Of a DNA stretch of 64,000 nt, positions 54,341 through 64,000 are shown piece after piece. The first letter of the stretch is position 1. Every line of letters begins with the position of its first letter. The position numbers and the translations under genes were made by a program. Location of the stretch: positions 64,402 to 128,401 of the forward strand of contig CAKVHC010000003.1 in NCBI GenBank assembly GCA_934747805.1, in the 5' to 3' direction. The DNA is from an uncultured Clostridia bacterium (GTDB lineage: Bacteria; Bacillota; Clostridia; Christensenellales; UBA1242). A model generated the notes under the pieces. The model was not told the DNA's origin. It saw only the letters and a program-made list of their open reading frames with translations, and did no database searches.

Positions 54341-54462
54341 ACTCTTGTTCTCATTTAAGTTTTTACATTATATATCTTCCAAAAATAAAGTCAATAAATA
54401 CAAACAACATTTGTTTCAATTTTGTAAATTATTTCATTTTTTTATTTTTTTTTGGATATTTT

Positions 54463-54496
54463 TGCTTGCGTAAAATGTCGGAATTGAGATAAAATA
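54463..54496 (+). promoter_or_regulatory. Conserved upstream block / promoter of GLUG paralogue B
   Basis: TTGCGT 54466-54471. 31 of 34 nt are identical to 21811-21844. Confidence 0.5.
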
Positions 54497-54524
54497 AACT
54501 TAATAAAGTTAAAGGAGCGACTAG

Positions 54525-56621
54525 ATGGATTACGAAACTAGAAGACTAAAAATTACATTGTGGATAGTGGTTGCAATTCTTATGGCAAGTATTGCAGGCG
54601 TAAGTTTGTTTTTCTTCCTTAAAACACATACGCCCATCGAGAAGCCCAATCGTGTCAATGTCGGCACACGTATTGACCGCTCAGGCACGTTTTTACTTAA
54701 ACCACCAGGTTCATCTGCTGGAGACAATTTCGCAGATGATTACACTTCCGACGGCGTTTCTTATTGGGGCGGCAGAAGCTACACTGGATGGGACGGTGAT
54801 GGAACTAGCACAAGCCCGTATCTTATTACATATGCAGGACAGTTGGCAGGACTTAGTGCATCTGTAAATAGTGGAACAACCTATGCAGGCAAGTATTTTA
54901 AACTAGTAAACGATATGAATATGCAAGCACTAGCAGATTTTGGCATTGCGACCTTGACTTTCACTCCAATCGGTAACTCAAGTCACAGTTTTCAAGGCAA
55001 TTTTGATGGTGATGGACATACAATATCCAATTTACATATTAGTGAAACGAGTAGTTATAGTGGTCTGTTTGGATACATAAGAACTAACAACTCTAGTGTT
55101 AAAATATCTAACATAAACATTGAAGTTCTTTTTCAACAGACCAATTATACATGTGAGTATTTTGGAACGCTAGTTGCGTATAGTGTAGGCACATCTCAAA
55201 ATAATGTAATCATTGATAATTGTAAGGTAACTACTGCGAGTGCAAGTACAACATTTTTGTTCTCTGGAAACGGAGATGAATATACAGGCGTCGCAGGTGG
55301 TTTGGTCGGTTATGCCGGATATACAAATTTTAACGATTGTTCGGTTAGCTCAATGTACACAATTGTGCAAAAGTCATCATTTGCAAAGAATATGGGTGGT
55401 CTTGTAGGTATATTGCTAAATGGTAAAGTAACTGGTTGTCAATCAAGCATGGACGTGACAGGTGTGTGCCAATTTACAGGTGTTGCAGGTTTAATAAGTT
55501 CTGCAACAAAATCGACGATTAATAATTGTTATATAGTGTTAAACTACTCAACAAGCGGTGACATGGGTTCACCTGCTTATTATGGTGTTATCGGGACATC
55601 TAATAATACATCTATTTACAATTGCTTAATTCAGGGAACGATTAATACTCCAAGAGAACCTGTCATGGTTTGTGCAATAAGTGAAGACGCATTGAATGAG
55701 TGTAAGAATGTGATATTTAATGCAGACCTGAACATCACAAAGGTTAAGCCTAGATTTTCTACGGTATCTACTAGTTCGAGTAGTAGTTCTCAATTTCTGT
55801 ACAACTCAACAAAAATTAACAGCACTAACGCAAACGTAAGCAGTGATACTGGTGCAACGACTGACGTAAATATGAAACTTAGTTCTACGTATGCGGATTG
55901 GACTGATTTCGATACATATTGGATAATTAATAACAACATAAATAGCGGATATCCAATGTTGAAAAAATTTATTGAAGTTGCCAAAGTAACAGGCTTTGAA
56001 GGTGATGGTACTGAAAACAGTCCGTATTTAGTCAAAACACATCAAGACCTATTAGGACTAGCAAGTTATTACAATGATAATTATATGTTTGTTCACGAAA
56101 TATATTGGAAACTCGCCAACGACATTGATATAAGCCGTGACGCAAACAATGCTCTCATTCACTTCACGCCAATCTGTTATGCGAAAGAGTTTGACGGCTA
56201 TTTCGACGGCAATGGCAAAACAATCAGCGGACTCCTCATCGACAAACAGTACGAGTACACAGGTTTATTCGGTACAATAGGTGCTAACCATTGGGTGAAA
56301 AACCTAACTGTGAAAGGCAAAATCTACTGGGACCAAGCCTATGCAGTAGGTGGTGTTGCTGGCAGAGTAATGGCAGACGGATATCTGCAAGACTGCAAGT
56401 TTGAAGGAGATATAATCGGCTTGCTTAATACAAAACCAAGCACCGAGTGTAATGGCGTGGTAGGAAAGTATGAACTAAATGGTGCAGTAGATTGTACTGC
56501 GACTTACACTGACCTAAAGTATGCTAAAATTGGCGGAACGACCGACGCACCAACTTACACATATTACTTATACGACTGGGCACAATTAACGACTAGTTTG
56601 TATAATAAAAAAGTAGGGTAG
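54525..56621 (+). CDS. GLUG-motif repeat surface protein, N-terminal membrane anchor (paralogue B)
   Basis: Same architecture as 21875-23917. By hand count, the last 143 residues are 125/143 identical to paralogue A. Confidence 0.6.
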   Translation: MDYETRRLKITLWIVVAILMASIAGVSLFFFLKTHTPIEKPNRVNVGTRIDRSGTFLLKPPGSSAGDNFADDYTSDGVSYWGGRSYTGWDGDGTSTSPYLITYAGQLAGLSASVNSGTTYAGKYFKLVNDMNMQALADFGIATLTFTPIGNSSHSFQGNFDGDGHTISNLHISETSSYSGLFGYIRTNNSSVKISNINIEVLFQQTNYTCEYFGTLVAYSVGTSQNNVIIDNCKVTTASASTTFLFSGNGDEYTGVAGGLVGYAGYTNFNDCSVSSMYTIVQKSSFAKNMGGLVGILLNGKVTGCQSSMDVTGVCQFTGVAGLISSATKSTINNCYIVLNYSTSGDMGSPAYYGVIGTSNNTSIYNCLIQGTINTPREPVMVCAISEDALNECKNVIFNADLNITKVKPRFSTVSTSSSSSSQFLYNSTKINSTNANVSSDTGATTDVNMKLSSTYADWTDFDTYWIINNNINSGYPMLKKFIEVAKVTGFEGDGTENSPYLVKTHQDLLGLASYYNDNYMFVHEIYWKLANDIDISRDANNALIHFTPICYAKEFDGYFDGNGKTISGLLIDKQYEYTGLFGTIGANHWVKNLTVKGKIYWDQAYAVGGVAGRVMADGYLQDCKFEGDIIGLLNTKPSTECNGVVGKYELNGAVDCTATYTDLKYAKIGGTTDAPTYTYYLYDWAQLTTSLYNKKVG

Positions 56622-56685
56622 TTCAGTCTGAAGGCTTAAGGCAAAAATATAGCTTAGCAGGAAAAGACAATTTAAATAAGGAAAA

Positions 56686-56716
56686 TAAAAAACGGACTTA
56701 TTCTAGTCCGTTTTTT
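56686..56716. terminator. Bidirectional terminator between convergent genes
   Basis: An A-run, an ACGGACT/AGTCCGT stem and a T-run. Confidence 0.65.
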
Positions 56717-57156
56717 ACATTGATTAATCTTGCCTCCAGCTCGAGTGTTTGCTCGTCCAATTCACGTTTCAGTCGTTGTAATTTTTGCTGCACAAATTCA
56801 TGTCTAAACGCATTAAATCCGCCGATAAATTCGTCCAAATAATTGGCATAATTTTTAGCAATAAATTCGCCAAATGCTGTTAACCAAATTTCATCGTAAT
56901 TGACCGCTTGTGGATAAGGCGAATATTCAATGCCATTGCAGTTGTAGTCGCCAGCGGAGAGCATAAGCACATTTTTACTCCCCACACAAAATTTCAGATT
57001 TACACGACCTTCTTCGCTAAATCCGCAGAACACACAATCGGCATTATTGCACCCAAGTTTATTTAATTCATCGATAAAATAATTTTTAAATAAATCGCAA
57101 TTATTTCGATTAATTAATCCAATAAATTTATTTTCCATAATTAAAATTATATTCAA
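56698..57156 (-). CDS. Hypothetical protein
   Basis: 152-aa ORF with a coiled-coil-like C-terminus. Confidence 0.4.
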   Translation of the reverse strand: MNIILIMENKFIGLINRNNCDLFKNYFIDELNKLGCNNADCVFCGFSEEGRVNLKFCVGSKNVLMLSAGDYNCNGIEYSPYPQAVNYDEIWLTAFGEFIAKNYANYLDEFIGGFNAFRHEFVQQKLQRLKRELDEQTLELEARLINVKNGLE

Positions 57157-57307
57157 AAAAAATAGTTTGTCAAATTGAAAAAATACGCCAAAAAAGCCTA
57201 AATTAAATATTTTTGAGCAATAATATATAAAATTATTTTACAAAAAATAAAAAATGTGATATAAAACAAATAAATAAATAATTTTCATTAAAAAAGGAGA
57301 GTTAATT

Positions 57308-57502
57308 ATGTTATTTGAACCACCTATTGATGATTTGGTAAAAAAGGTAGGCAATAAATACGCCTTGACAGTATTGATGGCTGGTCGTGCTCGTGAATTG
57401 CAAAAGAAGATTCCAGCAATGACGAATGACAATGCCAACAATGCAATTTTAATGGCTGCCGAAGAAGTTTTGGCTGGTCAAATAACAGCAGTCAAAGGCT
57501 AA
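57308..57502 (+). CDS. rpoZ: DNA-directed RNA polymerase subunit omega
   Basis: PPIDDLVKKVGNKYALTVLMAGRAREL. Synteny with priA-def-fmt. Confidence 0.8.
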   Translation: MLFEPPIDDLVKKVGNKYALTVLMAGRARELQKKIPAMTNDNANNAILMAAEEVLAGQITAVKG

Positions 57503-59679
57503 TGATTTACAAAGTTATTGTTGACGTTTCCAACGACAATGTAGACCGCATTTTTGACTACCAATATGACGGCACGTTGCCCATCGGCAGTCGTGTTTTA
57601 GTGCCTTTTGCCAATCGACAAATTCAGGGCACAATCGTGGACAAAAGTGACCACACAGATTGCCCTGACAAGATAAAGAATATTACTCGAGTTCTCGACC
57701 CTTCGCTGACCATTAGCGAAGAATTTTTGTTTGTCGCAGGCGTTATGGCAGACAAATATTTTTTACGTAAAAATGACATTTTCAAACTCATTTTGCCTAG
57801 CCAATTGCGTGACGAAAGCGTGGGAGATAAATTCAAGCAGACAGTCATCCCAGGTTCTCTCTCGCTAGCCGATGCACTCGCACTTGTCAAATCCGCCCGA
57901 AAACAAGCCGAACTCGTCAGTTATATTTACGACACAGGCGAAAAGGACTTATCCGACTTGCTCAAATTTTTCTCACGCCCAGTCGTCAACGAAGCTGTCA
58001 AAAAAGGCGCACTCAACTACAAAAAAGTGGTCGAGTCCAGACTCAGTTTCAACACCACAATCAAGCCATGCGACATCACACTCACTCCAGAACAACAGCA
58101 CGCATTTGACACAATAATTTCTGCACCCAAAACATATCTTTTGCACGGCATCACCGGCAGTGGCAAGACCGAAGTGTATCTGCACGTCATCGACCACGCC
58201 TTGAAGCAGGGCAAAACCGCAATTATGCTCGTGCCGGAAATCTCGCTCACCCCACTGATGATGAAGCGATTTACCGAGCGTTTTGGCGACCAGATTGCCG
58301 TGTTGCACAGCCGCCTTTCAGCCGGCGAAAAATATGAACAGTGGAAGCGTTTGAAAGAGGGCAAAGCTAAGGTCGCATTAGGTGCACGCAGTGCGATTTT
58401 CGCTCCATTAGATAATCTCGGAGCAATCATTATTGACGAAGAACATGACGGCAGCTACACCAGCGAAAACAATCCACGTTTTGAGACCAGTTTCGTGGCG
58501 CAGCTGCGTGCCAAATACAATGTTTGTCCTCTTGTTCTCGGCAGTGCCACGCCAAAGATTGAAGACTATTACAAAGCCAAACAGGGCGAATTCACTCTGC
58601 TCACTCTCACAAAACGCACCAACAATGCCAGCTTGCCAGACTTTGAAATTGTGGACATGGTGGGGCAGGCTATGGACGGCAATACGTCCTGCTTTTCAAA
58701 CGAACTTCTGTCCGCCATAAAGCATAACGTGGAAAAGGGCAAACAGACAATGTTGTTTGTCAACCGTCGTGGTTGGGCAAGTTTTATGATGTGCCGGGAC
58801 TGTGGCTATATTGCCAAGTGCAAGGACTGTGACATCGCACTCGTGTATCACAAAGACGACGAGCAACTCAAATGTCACTATTGTGGCAAGAGATATTATG
58901 CACTCACCGAATGCCCAAATTGTCATAGCCGTTACATACGCTATGGCGCAACCGGCACTCAGCGTATTGTGGAAGAATTGCAAAACATTTTTCCCGACCT
59001 TCCAATATTCAGAATGGACAACGACACCACACGAGGCAAAGACTCGCATGAGAAAATCCTCTCCGCATTCGGCGCCACAAGTCCAGCCGTGCTAGTCGGC
59101 ACACAGATGATTGCCAAAGGTCACGACTTTGAAGGCGTTAACCTAGTTGGCATAATTGATGCTGATGTCAGCCTTTTCACCAACGATTATCGTGCCACCG
59201 AGAACACCTTTCAGCTCGTCACTCAGGTGGCGGGCAGAGCAGGACGCAAGTCCAACGACGGCAAGGTTATTTTGCAGACCTATGCACCAAAGCACTATGT
59301 CTATCGCCTTGCTCGCACCTATGACTACGAACACTTCTACGAGCATGAAATCAATGTCCGTCAGACCACTCAGTTTCCACCATTCAGCAACATTGTACGT
59401 GTGTTAGTGACCAGCGAAAACGAACTTTTGGCGCAGAAAACGGTGAAATCTCTCATCACACCGCTTATGAGCCTGAAGACCAATTTTCCACGTGAAATCT
59501 ACAATCTACAGGCAATGCCTTCACCAATCAAGCGAATTCAGAACAAATTTAGATACCAAATTATCATTCGATACGCATTAAATGAAAACATCACTTGCAA
59601 AATATATAGCATTTGTGATATAATGCCAAAAGGAAAGGTTTCAATATTTATTGAAAATAACCCAAAGAATATAAGGTAG
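57502..59679 (+). CDS. priA: Primosomal protein N' (PriA helicase)
   Basis: GITGSGKTEVY Walker A, IIDEEHD, and the zinc-binding CRDCG...CKDCD...CHYCG...CPNC cluster. Confidence 0.92.
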   Translation: MIYKVIVDVSNDNVDRIFDYQYDGTLPIGSRVLVPFANRQIQGTIVDKSDHTDCPDKIKNITRVLDPSLTISEEFLFVAGVMADKYFLRKNDIFKLILPSQLRDESVGDKFKQTVIPGSLSLADALALVKSARKQAELVSYIYDTGEKDLSDLLKFFSRPVVNEAVKKGALNYKKVVESRLSFNTTIKPCDITLTPEQQHAFDTIISAPKTYLLHGITGSGKTEVYLHVIDHALKQGKTAIMLVPEISLTPLMMKRFTERFGDQIAVLHSRLSAGEKYEQWKRLKEGKAKVALGARSAIFAPLDNLGAIIIDEEHDGSYTSENNPRFETSFVAQLRAKYNVCPLVLGSATPKIEDYYKAKQGEFTLLTLTKRTNNASLPDFEIVDMVGQAMDGNTSCFSNELLSAIKHNVEKGKQTMLFVNRRGWASFMMCRDCGYIAKCKDCDIALVYHKDDEQLKCHYCGKRYYALTECPNCHSRYIRYGATGTQRIVEELQNIFPDLPIFRMDNDTTRGKDSHEKILSAFGATSPAVLVGTQMIAKGHDFEGVNLVGIIDADVSLFTNDYRATENTFQLVTQVAGRAGRKSNDGKVILQTYAPKHYVYRLARTYDYEHFYEHEINVRQTTQFPPFSNIVRVLVTSENELLAQKTVKSLITPLMSLKTNFPREIYNLQAMPSPIKRIQNKFRYQIIIRYALNENITCKIYSICDIMPKGKVSIFIENNPKNIR

Positions 59680-59685
59680 GAAGAA

Positions 59686-60150
59686 ATGGCAGTTAGAGAT
59701 ATAGTTTTATCTACAGACGAATTTATCAGAAAGAAATCACGTCCAGTCGAAAAGTTTGACGAAAATTTGCACGACTTGTTGGACGACATGCGTGAGACAT
59801 TGCTTGACGCAGACGGAGCAGGCTTGGCGGCAGTGCAAGTAGGCGTTTTGAAGCGTGTGTTCATCACTTATGCCAACGGCGCACTTATCGAGTTTGTCAA
59901 TCCTAAGATTGTTGACCAGTCAGGTGAGCAATGTCATAAAGAAGGATGCTTGTCCGTCAAACAGCCATGGGCGTACGTCCGCCGACCAAAGAAAGTCACA
60001 ATCAAAGCGTTCGACCGTTTCGGCAGTCCGTTCACTCTCACTGTGGAAGATTTCACCGCAACTGCAGTCTGCCACGAAAACGACCACTTAGACGGCATTT
60101 TGTATATTGACAAGGCCGTGCCAGAGAGCGAAGTTAAGAATAAAAAATAA
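59686..60150 (+). CDS. def: Peptide deformylase
   Basis: GAGLAAVQVG, EGCLS and HENDHLDG motifs. Confidence 0.92.
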   Translation: MAVRDIVLSTDEFIRKKSRPVEKFDENLHDLLDDMRETLLDADGAGLAAVQVGVLKRVFITYANGALIEFVNPKIVDQSGEQCHKEGCLSVKQPWAYVRRPKKVTIKAFDRFGSPFTLTVEDFTATAVCHENDHLDGILYIDKAVPESEVKNKK

Positions 60151-60191
60151 TTCCACTCTAACCTGAGTGGTTTTTGTCTTTTGGAGCAAAT

Positions 60192-61112
60192 ATGAGAATA
60201 GTCTTTTTAGGCAATAACGATTTTTCCACAACGGTGCTAGATGCACTAGTAAATAGCCAACACCAAGTCGTTGGTGTTGTTTGCAGTTTAGACAAACCAA
60301 CAGGTCGTGGACAAAGACTCGAAATGTGTGCAGTCAAGAAATACGCCCTTGCTCACAACATTCCAGTTTTGCAATATAAATCGGTCAGCCGTGAAGGTGA
60401 GTCAGACGTCCGTGCACTCAATCCAGACGTGCTAGTCACCGCCAGTTTCGGCCAGATGCTCCGTGAGAACATTCTCACACTTGCTCCGCACGGTGTAATA
60501 AACGTTCATGGCTCACTGCTTCCAGCCTTGCGTGGTGCAACTCCAGTGCAGACAGCTCTCTTTTTGGGGCTCGACCACACAGGCGTAACCATTATGCAGA
60601 CGGATATCGGCATGGACACAGGCGACATCTTGTGTCAGCGAGAGATTCCAATCTTCGACACCGACACGTCCGCCGAACTCTTTGACCGTATGGCTAAGGT
60701 GGGCGCAGAATGCCTAATCACCGTGCTAAATGACCTAAATCATTATGTCACGGCTCGTCGCAAACAAGACGACTCCAAAGCCACCACAACCAGCCTAATC
60801 AAAGACAGCAAAATCGACTTCACCTTGCCAAATGACCAAATCGTAAATTTCATTCGTGGCAACTATCCATATTCGACAGCTTACTGCACATTCAGGGGCG
60901 ATAAGTTCAAGGTGGGCTTTGCCAAGACGGTGGACAGCGACCGACACGGCAACGCAGGTGAGATTGTCAACGCCAACAAGTTTGGACTTATCGTTGCATG
61001 TGGCAAAGGTTATGTCGAATTTGTTCGAGTTCAGCCTGCCAACAAGAAGATGATGTCAGCACGTGATTTTATTAACGGCGCACACATTGAAATAGGGGAG
61101 AAGTTTGAATGA
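60192..61112 (+). CDS. fmt: Methionyl-tRNA formyltransferase
   Basis: MRIVFLGNNDF and HGVINVHGSLLPALRGATP. ATG 60192 follows GGAG (the track starts at TTG 60174). Confidence 0.9.
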   Translation: MRIVFLGNNDFSTTVLDALVNSQHQVVGVVCSLDKPTGRGQRLEMCAVKKYALAHNIPVLQYKSVSREGESDVRALNPDVLVTASFGQMLRENILTLAPHGVINVHGSLLPALRGATPVQTALFLGLDHTGVTIMQTDIGMDTGDILCQREIPIFDTDTSAELFDRMAKVGAECLITVLNDLNHYVTARRKQDDSKATTTSLIKDSKIDFTLPNDQIVNFIRGNYPYSTAYCTFRGDKFKVGFAKTVDSDRHGNAGEIVNANKFGLIVACGKGYVEFVRVQPANKKMMSARDFINGAHIEIGEKFE

Positions 61113-62152
61113 AAATTTTAGCAGACTACACCTACGACCAATTGCTTGACCTAATGCAATCTCTCGGCTATCCAAAGTTTCGAGGCGAGCAGGTCTACAA
61201 GGCAATCATACAGAGCAAAGATTATTACGACCTAACCAACATTCCAAAGGATATGCGAGCCAATCTTTCGCAAGAATACCTTTTGAAACCAGTTAAAATC
61301 AAAGAAGTCGTCAAATCTGACATTGACGGCACCAAAAAATATCTAATCTCGCTCCACGACGGACACGTTGTAGAGAGCGTTTTCCTAAAGCAGAACTACG
61401 GCAACACAATATGTTTAAGCACCCAAGTGGGCTGCCGAATGGGTTGCAAGTTTTGTGCCAGCACTCTTGACGGTCTTGTCCGCAACCTATCGAGTGGCGA
61501 AATGCTGTCAATCATAGCGCTCATCAACGCCGACAACGGCAGACCCACCGAACGCAATTTCACCAACATTGTGCTAATGGGCAGCGGAGAACCGCTAGAC
61601 AATTTTGACAACGTGATTGCATTCTTGCATGCGGTCAATGACCCACATGGATTCAACATTGCAATGCGCAACATTTCGCTCAGCACGTGCGGACTAGTGG
61701 AGAAGATTAACGACCTTGCCAAACTCAACCTTGACATCACACTGTGCATATCTCTCCACGCACCCAACGACGCAATTCGCCGCACCATAATGCCAATTGC
61801 CAACAAATATACAATTGCCGAGATAGTCACCGCACTCAGAAATTACATAAAAACGACAGGCAGACGTGCCGTGCTGGAATACACGTTGATTGAAGGCGTG
61901 AACGACAGCGACAACGCCGTGCGAGAACTTGCCAACACATTTAAAAATATGCTAGTGCATTTTAACGTAATTTGCATCAATCCATACGATAGCAAGTTTG
62001 TCCGCCCAGCACAAAAGAAAGCCTACGCCTTTGTCGACAAACTGAACAAGGCAGGCTTGTCTGCCACTCTGCGTGCCAGTCACGGCACAGATATTCAAAG
62101 TGCATGCGGACAGCTCCGCAACCAAAGAAAAAAGGAAGGTCAACAAGTATGA
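61109..62152 (+). CDS. rlmN: 23S rRNA/tRNA adenine-C2 methyltransferase RlmN (radical SAM)
   Basis: FRGEQVYKAI, the CRMGCKFC radical-SAM cluster, MGSGEP, and the C-terminal DIQSACGQL. Confidence 0.9.
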   Translation: MKILADYTYDQLLDLMQSLGYPKFRGEQVYKAIIQSKDYYDLTNIPKDMRANLSQEYLLKPVKIKEVVKSDIDGTKKYLISLHDGHVVESVFLKQNYGNTICLSTQVGCRMGCKFCASTLDGLVRNLSSGEMLSIIALINADNGRPTERNFTNIVLMGSGEPLDNFDNVIAFLHAVNDPHGFNIAMRNISLSTCGLVEKINDLAKLNLDITLCISLHAPNDAIRRTIMPIANKYTIAEIVTALRNYIKTTGRRAVLEYTLIEGVNDSDNAVRELANTFKNMLVHFNVICINPYDSKFVRPAQKKAYAFVDKLNKAGLSATLRASHGTDIQSACGQLRNQRKKEGQQV

Positions 62153-62802
62153 AAAATCGTAAAATAAGCGTATCAAGTTTGCCAGCAGGCAACCAAATCG
62201 ACGACCAGATTGCATACGCCAAGCAAGTCGAACTTGCGGGTGCTGATGCCTATCACGTGGACGTAATGGACGGCAGAATTGTGCCAGCCACCACCATTGA
62301 CTACAACGCCACGCTTGCAGTCAAGCAAAACACCAACCTAATAATCGACGTACACCTAATGTGTGACCGACCAAAACGCCTTATCGAAAAATACGTCCGT
62401 GCAGGTGCAGATATGATAACTGTGCATGTGGAGGCTTTTAGGCATTCGTGCACGCTAAAGAGTGTGCTTCGCCACATCCACCGCCACAACTTGCTCGCAT
62501 GTTTGGCTGTCGACCTAGACACCGAAGTGGAAACCATTTTCCCATTCTTGAGCTGTGTTGACGCCGTGCTAGTAATGTCCGTCAAGGCGGGAGCAGGCGG
62601 TCAGAAATTTGACCCAATCGCACTTGACAAGGTTCGCACACTACGTGCATTAGACAAAAATCTACTAATCAGTGTTGACGGCGGTGTCAATGCAGATAAC
62701 GCAAAAGAAATTTGGTCGGCAGGTGCGGACGTTGTCGCTGTTGGCAGTTTTGTCGCCAAAGCCAAGGACAAACGCCAAGCAATCGCCGATCTTAAAAGAT
62801 AA
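62149..62802 (+). CDS. rpe: Ribulose-phosphate 3-epimerase
   Basis: ATGA overlap with rlmN. HVDVMDG, DVHLM, ITVH, MSV.AG.GGQKF and VDGG motifs. Confidence 0.85.
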   Translation: MKNRKISVSSLPAGNQIDDQIAYAKQVELAGADAYHVDVMDGRIVPATTIDYNATLAVKQNTNLIIDVHLMCDRPKRLIEKYVRAGADMITVHVEAFRHSCTLKSVLRHIHRHNLLACLAVDLDTEVETIFPFLSCVDAVLVMSVKAGAGGQKFDPIALDKVRTLRALDKNLLISVDGGVNADNAKEIWSAGADVVAVGSFVAKAKDKRQAIADLKR

Positions 62803-62805
62803 AAT

Positions 62806-64000
62806 ATGAAAGAGAGAGTAAACATTATAACGCTGGGCTGTCGTGTCAACGAAAACGAGTCACGCCAAATGTTCAACATTTTGCAAAAGGCGGGTTACGA
62901 TGTGCACGAAGGCTTTGACGTTGCGGACATATACATTATAAACAGTTGTGCCGTGACTTCAATGAGCGAGAAAAAGTCTCGCCAGCTGTTCAGCCGTGCA
63001 CAGTCGCTCAACCCTAATGCAAAGATCATTGTTTGTGGTTGCGCCAGTCAAAACAACCCTGAGCAGTTTATCAAGAAAGGCGCATATAGCGTCATAGGCA
63101 CAGCAGGCAAGAATCACATTTTAGAGATAATAGAGAGCGCTCGCCTTGAAGCCTACGCCCAGCCAGTGTGCTATGAACCCAGTGCCAAAGCCACAGACAC
63201 TCAGTCAAGGCAATATATCAAGGTGCAGGATGGCTGCAACAATTTTTGTTCGTACTGCCTTATTCCATACTTGCGTGGCCGCAGCAGGAGTCGAGATTTA
63301 GGCGAAATCATTGACGAAATCAATTCCACCAGTTGCAAGGAAGTCGTGCTAACAGGCATTGACACCAGCGACTATAAAATTGACGGCAAGCCAGCACTGG
63401 ACGTTCTCGCTAGAGCAGTGGATAATACGGGCAAGCGTTTCCGTTTCGGCTCACTGGAAGAGCGAGTAATCACCGAAGACTTTGTCAAGCTTCTCAGTGA
63501 ATGCACGCATTTCGCACCCAATTTCCACCTTTCGCTCCAATCCGGCTGTGATGCCACTCTCAAACGTATGAATCGCAAATACACCACCGAGCAATACGCA
63601 AAGGCGGTGGACATCATCCGTGCCCACTTTCATAACCGTGCCAGCATCACCACCGATGTCATCGTTGGCTTCAAAGGTGAAACTGACCAAGAGTTTGAAG
63701 CCACATACAATTTTTGCCAGCGAATAGGCTTCGCATTCATGCACATTTTCCCATACAGCCCACGCAAAGGCACATACGCCGACACACTCAGCGGCGATGT
63801 GGACGGCAATGTGGTGAAAGAGCGTCTAAAACGCCTAGAAGCCCTCAACCGAGCCAACCAACACGCATTCTTGACAGCGAACGTCGGCGCCACCCACACC
63901 GTGCTTGTTGAAAAGGTGATAGACAACACCGCAACAGGCTACACAGACAACTATCTTCGTGCCACCTTCCCAGCCAACAATACACACGTCGACGATTTGG
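62806..64000 (+). CDS. mtaB: MiaB-family radical SAM tRNA methylthiotransferase (MtaB-like), 3' end outside window
   Basis: Not in the ORF track because there is no stop in the window. Hand translation gives MKERVNIITLGCRVNENES...YIINSCAVT...VQDGCNNFCSYCLIPYLRGRSRS... Confidence 0.75.
   Translation, partial: MKERVNIITLGCRVNENESRQMFNILQKAGYDVHEGFDVADIYIINSCAVTSMSEKKSRQLFSRAQSLNPNAKIIVCGCASQNNPEQFIKKGAYSVIGTAGKNHILEIIESARLEAYAQPVCYEPSAKATDTQSRQYIKVQDGCNNFCSYCLIPYLRGRSRSRDLGEIIDEINSTSCKEVVLTGIDTSDYKIDGKPALDVLARAVDNTGKRFRFGSLEERVITEDFVKLLSECTHFAPNFHLSLQSGCDATLKRMNRKYTTEQYAKAVDIIRAHFHNRASITTDVIVGFKGETDQEFEATYNFCQRIGFAFMHIFPYSPRKGTYADTLSGDVDGNVVKERLKRLEALNRANQHAFLTANVGATHTVLVEKVIDNTATGYTDNYLRATFPANNTHVDDL

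Overview
This 64-kb window is a chromosomal segment of a low-GC, endospore-forming Firmicute, judged from spoIIGA-sigE, sigG, ylbJ-like and pdaB-like genes and from tRNAs with encoded CCA. The housekeeping backbone is hemW (partial), spoIIGA-sigE and divergent sigG, pta-ackA, rarA, gap, queH, murG, rnj, a trmR-like O-methyltransferase with a U32 (TrhP-like) peptidase, a DAG-kinase-family lipid kinase, rnpB, rpmF-plsX-rnc, and rpoZ-priA-def-fmt-rlmN-rpe-mtaB (partial). There are 10 tRNA genes in five loci. I saw no rRNA, CRISPR array or transposase.

Accessory and unusual content:
1. A roughly 10-kb phage-derived island (8.8-18.9 kb) holds a tightly coupled TerL-portal-scaffold-capsid operon ending in a holin. 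It has no recognisable long-tail, endolysin, replication or lysogeny genes. A LexA-box control region and an ArpU/RinA-like gene sit in front of it, and an integrase C-terminal relic next to tRNA-Gln sits behind it.
2. Three tRNA genes (His, Gly-UCC, Lys) each have a partial copy of themselves 130-165 bp away. The His and Gly copies break at the same T-loop position.
3. A roughly 56-nt conserved, covarying motif occurs twice, each time just 3' of a minus-strand tRNA operon.
4. A tandemly duplicated promoter-gene-terminator cassette island lies next to tRNA-Leu.
5. A self-contained four-gene operon after rnpB encodes a serine protease, a secreted glycine-zipper protein and two paralogous small proteins.
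6. Two mosaic GLUG-motif surface-protein paralogues lie 32 kb apart and share a conserved upstream block.

All functional calls come from motif and synteny recognition by eye. No database search was run.
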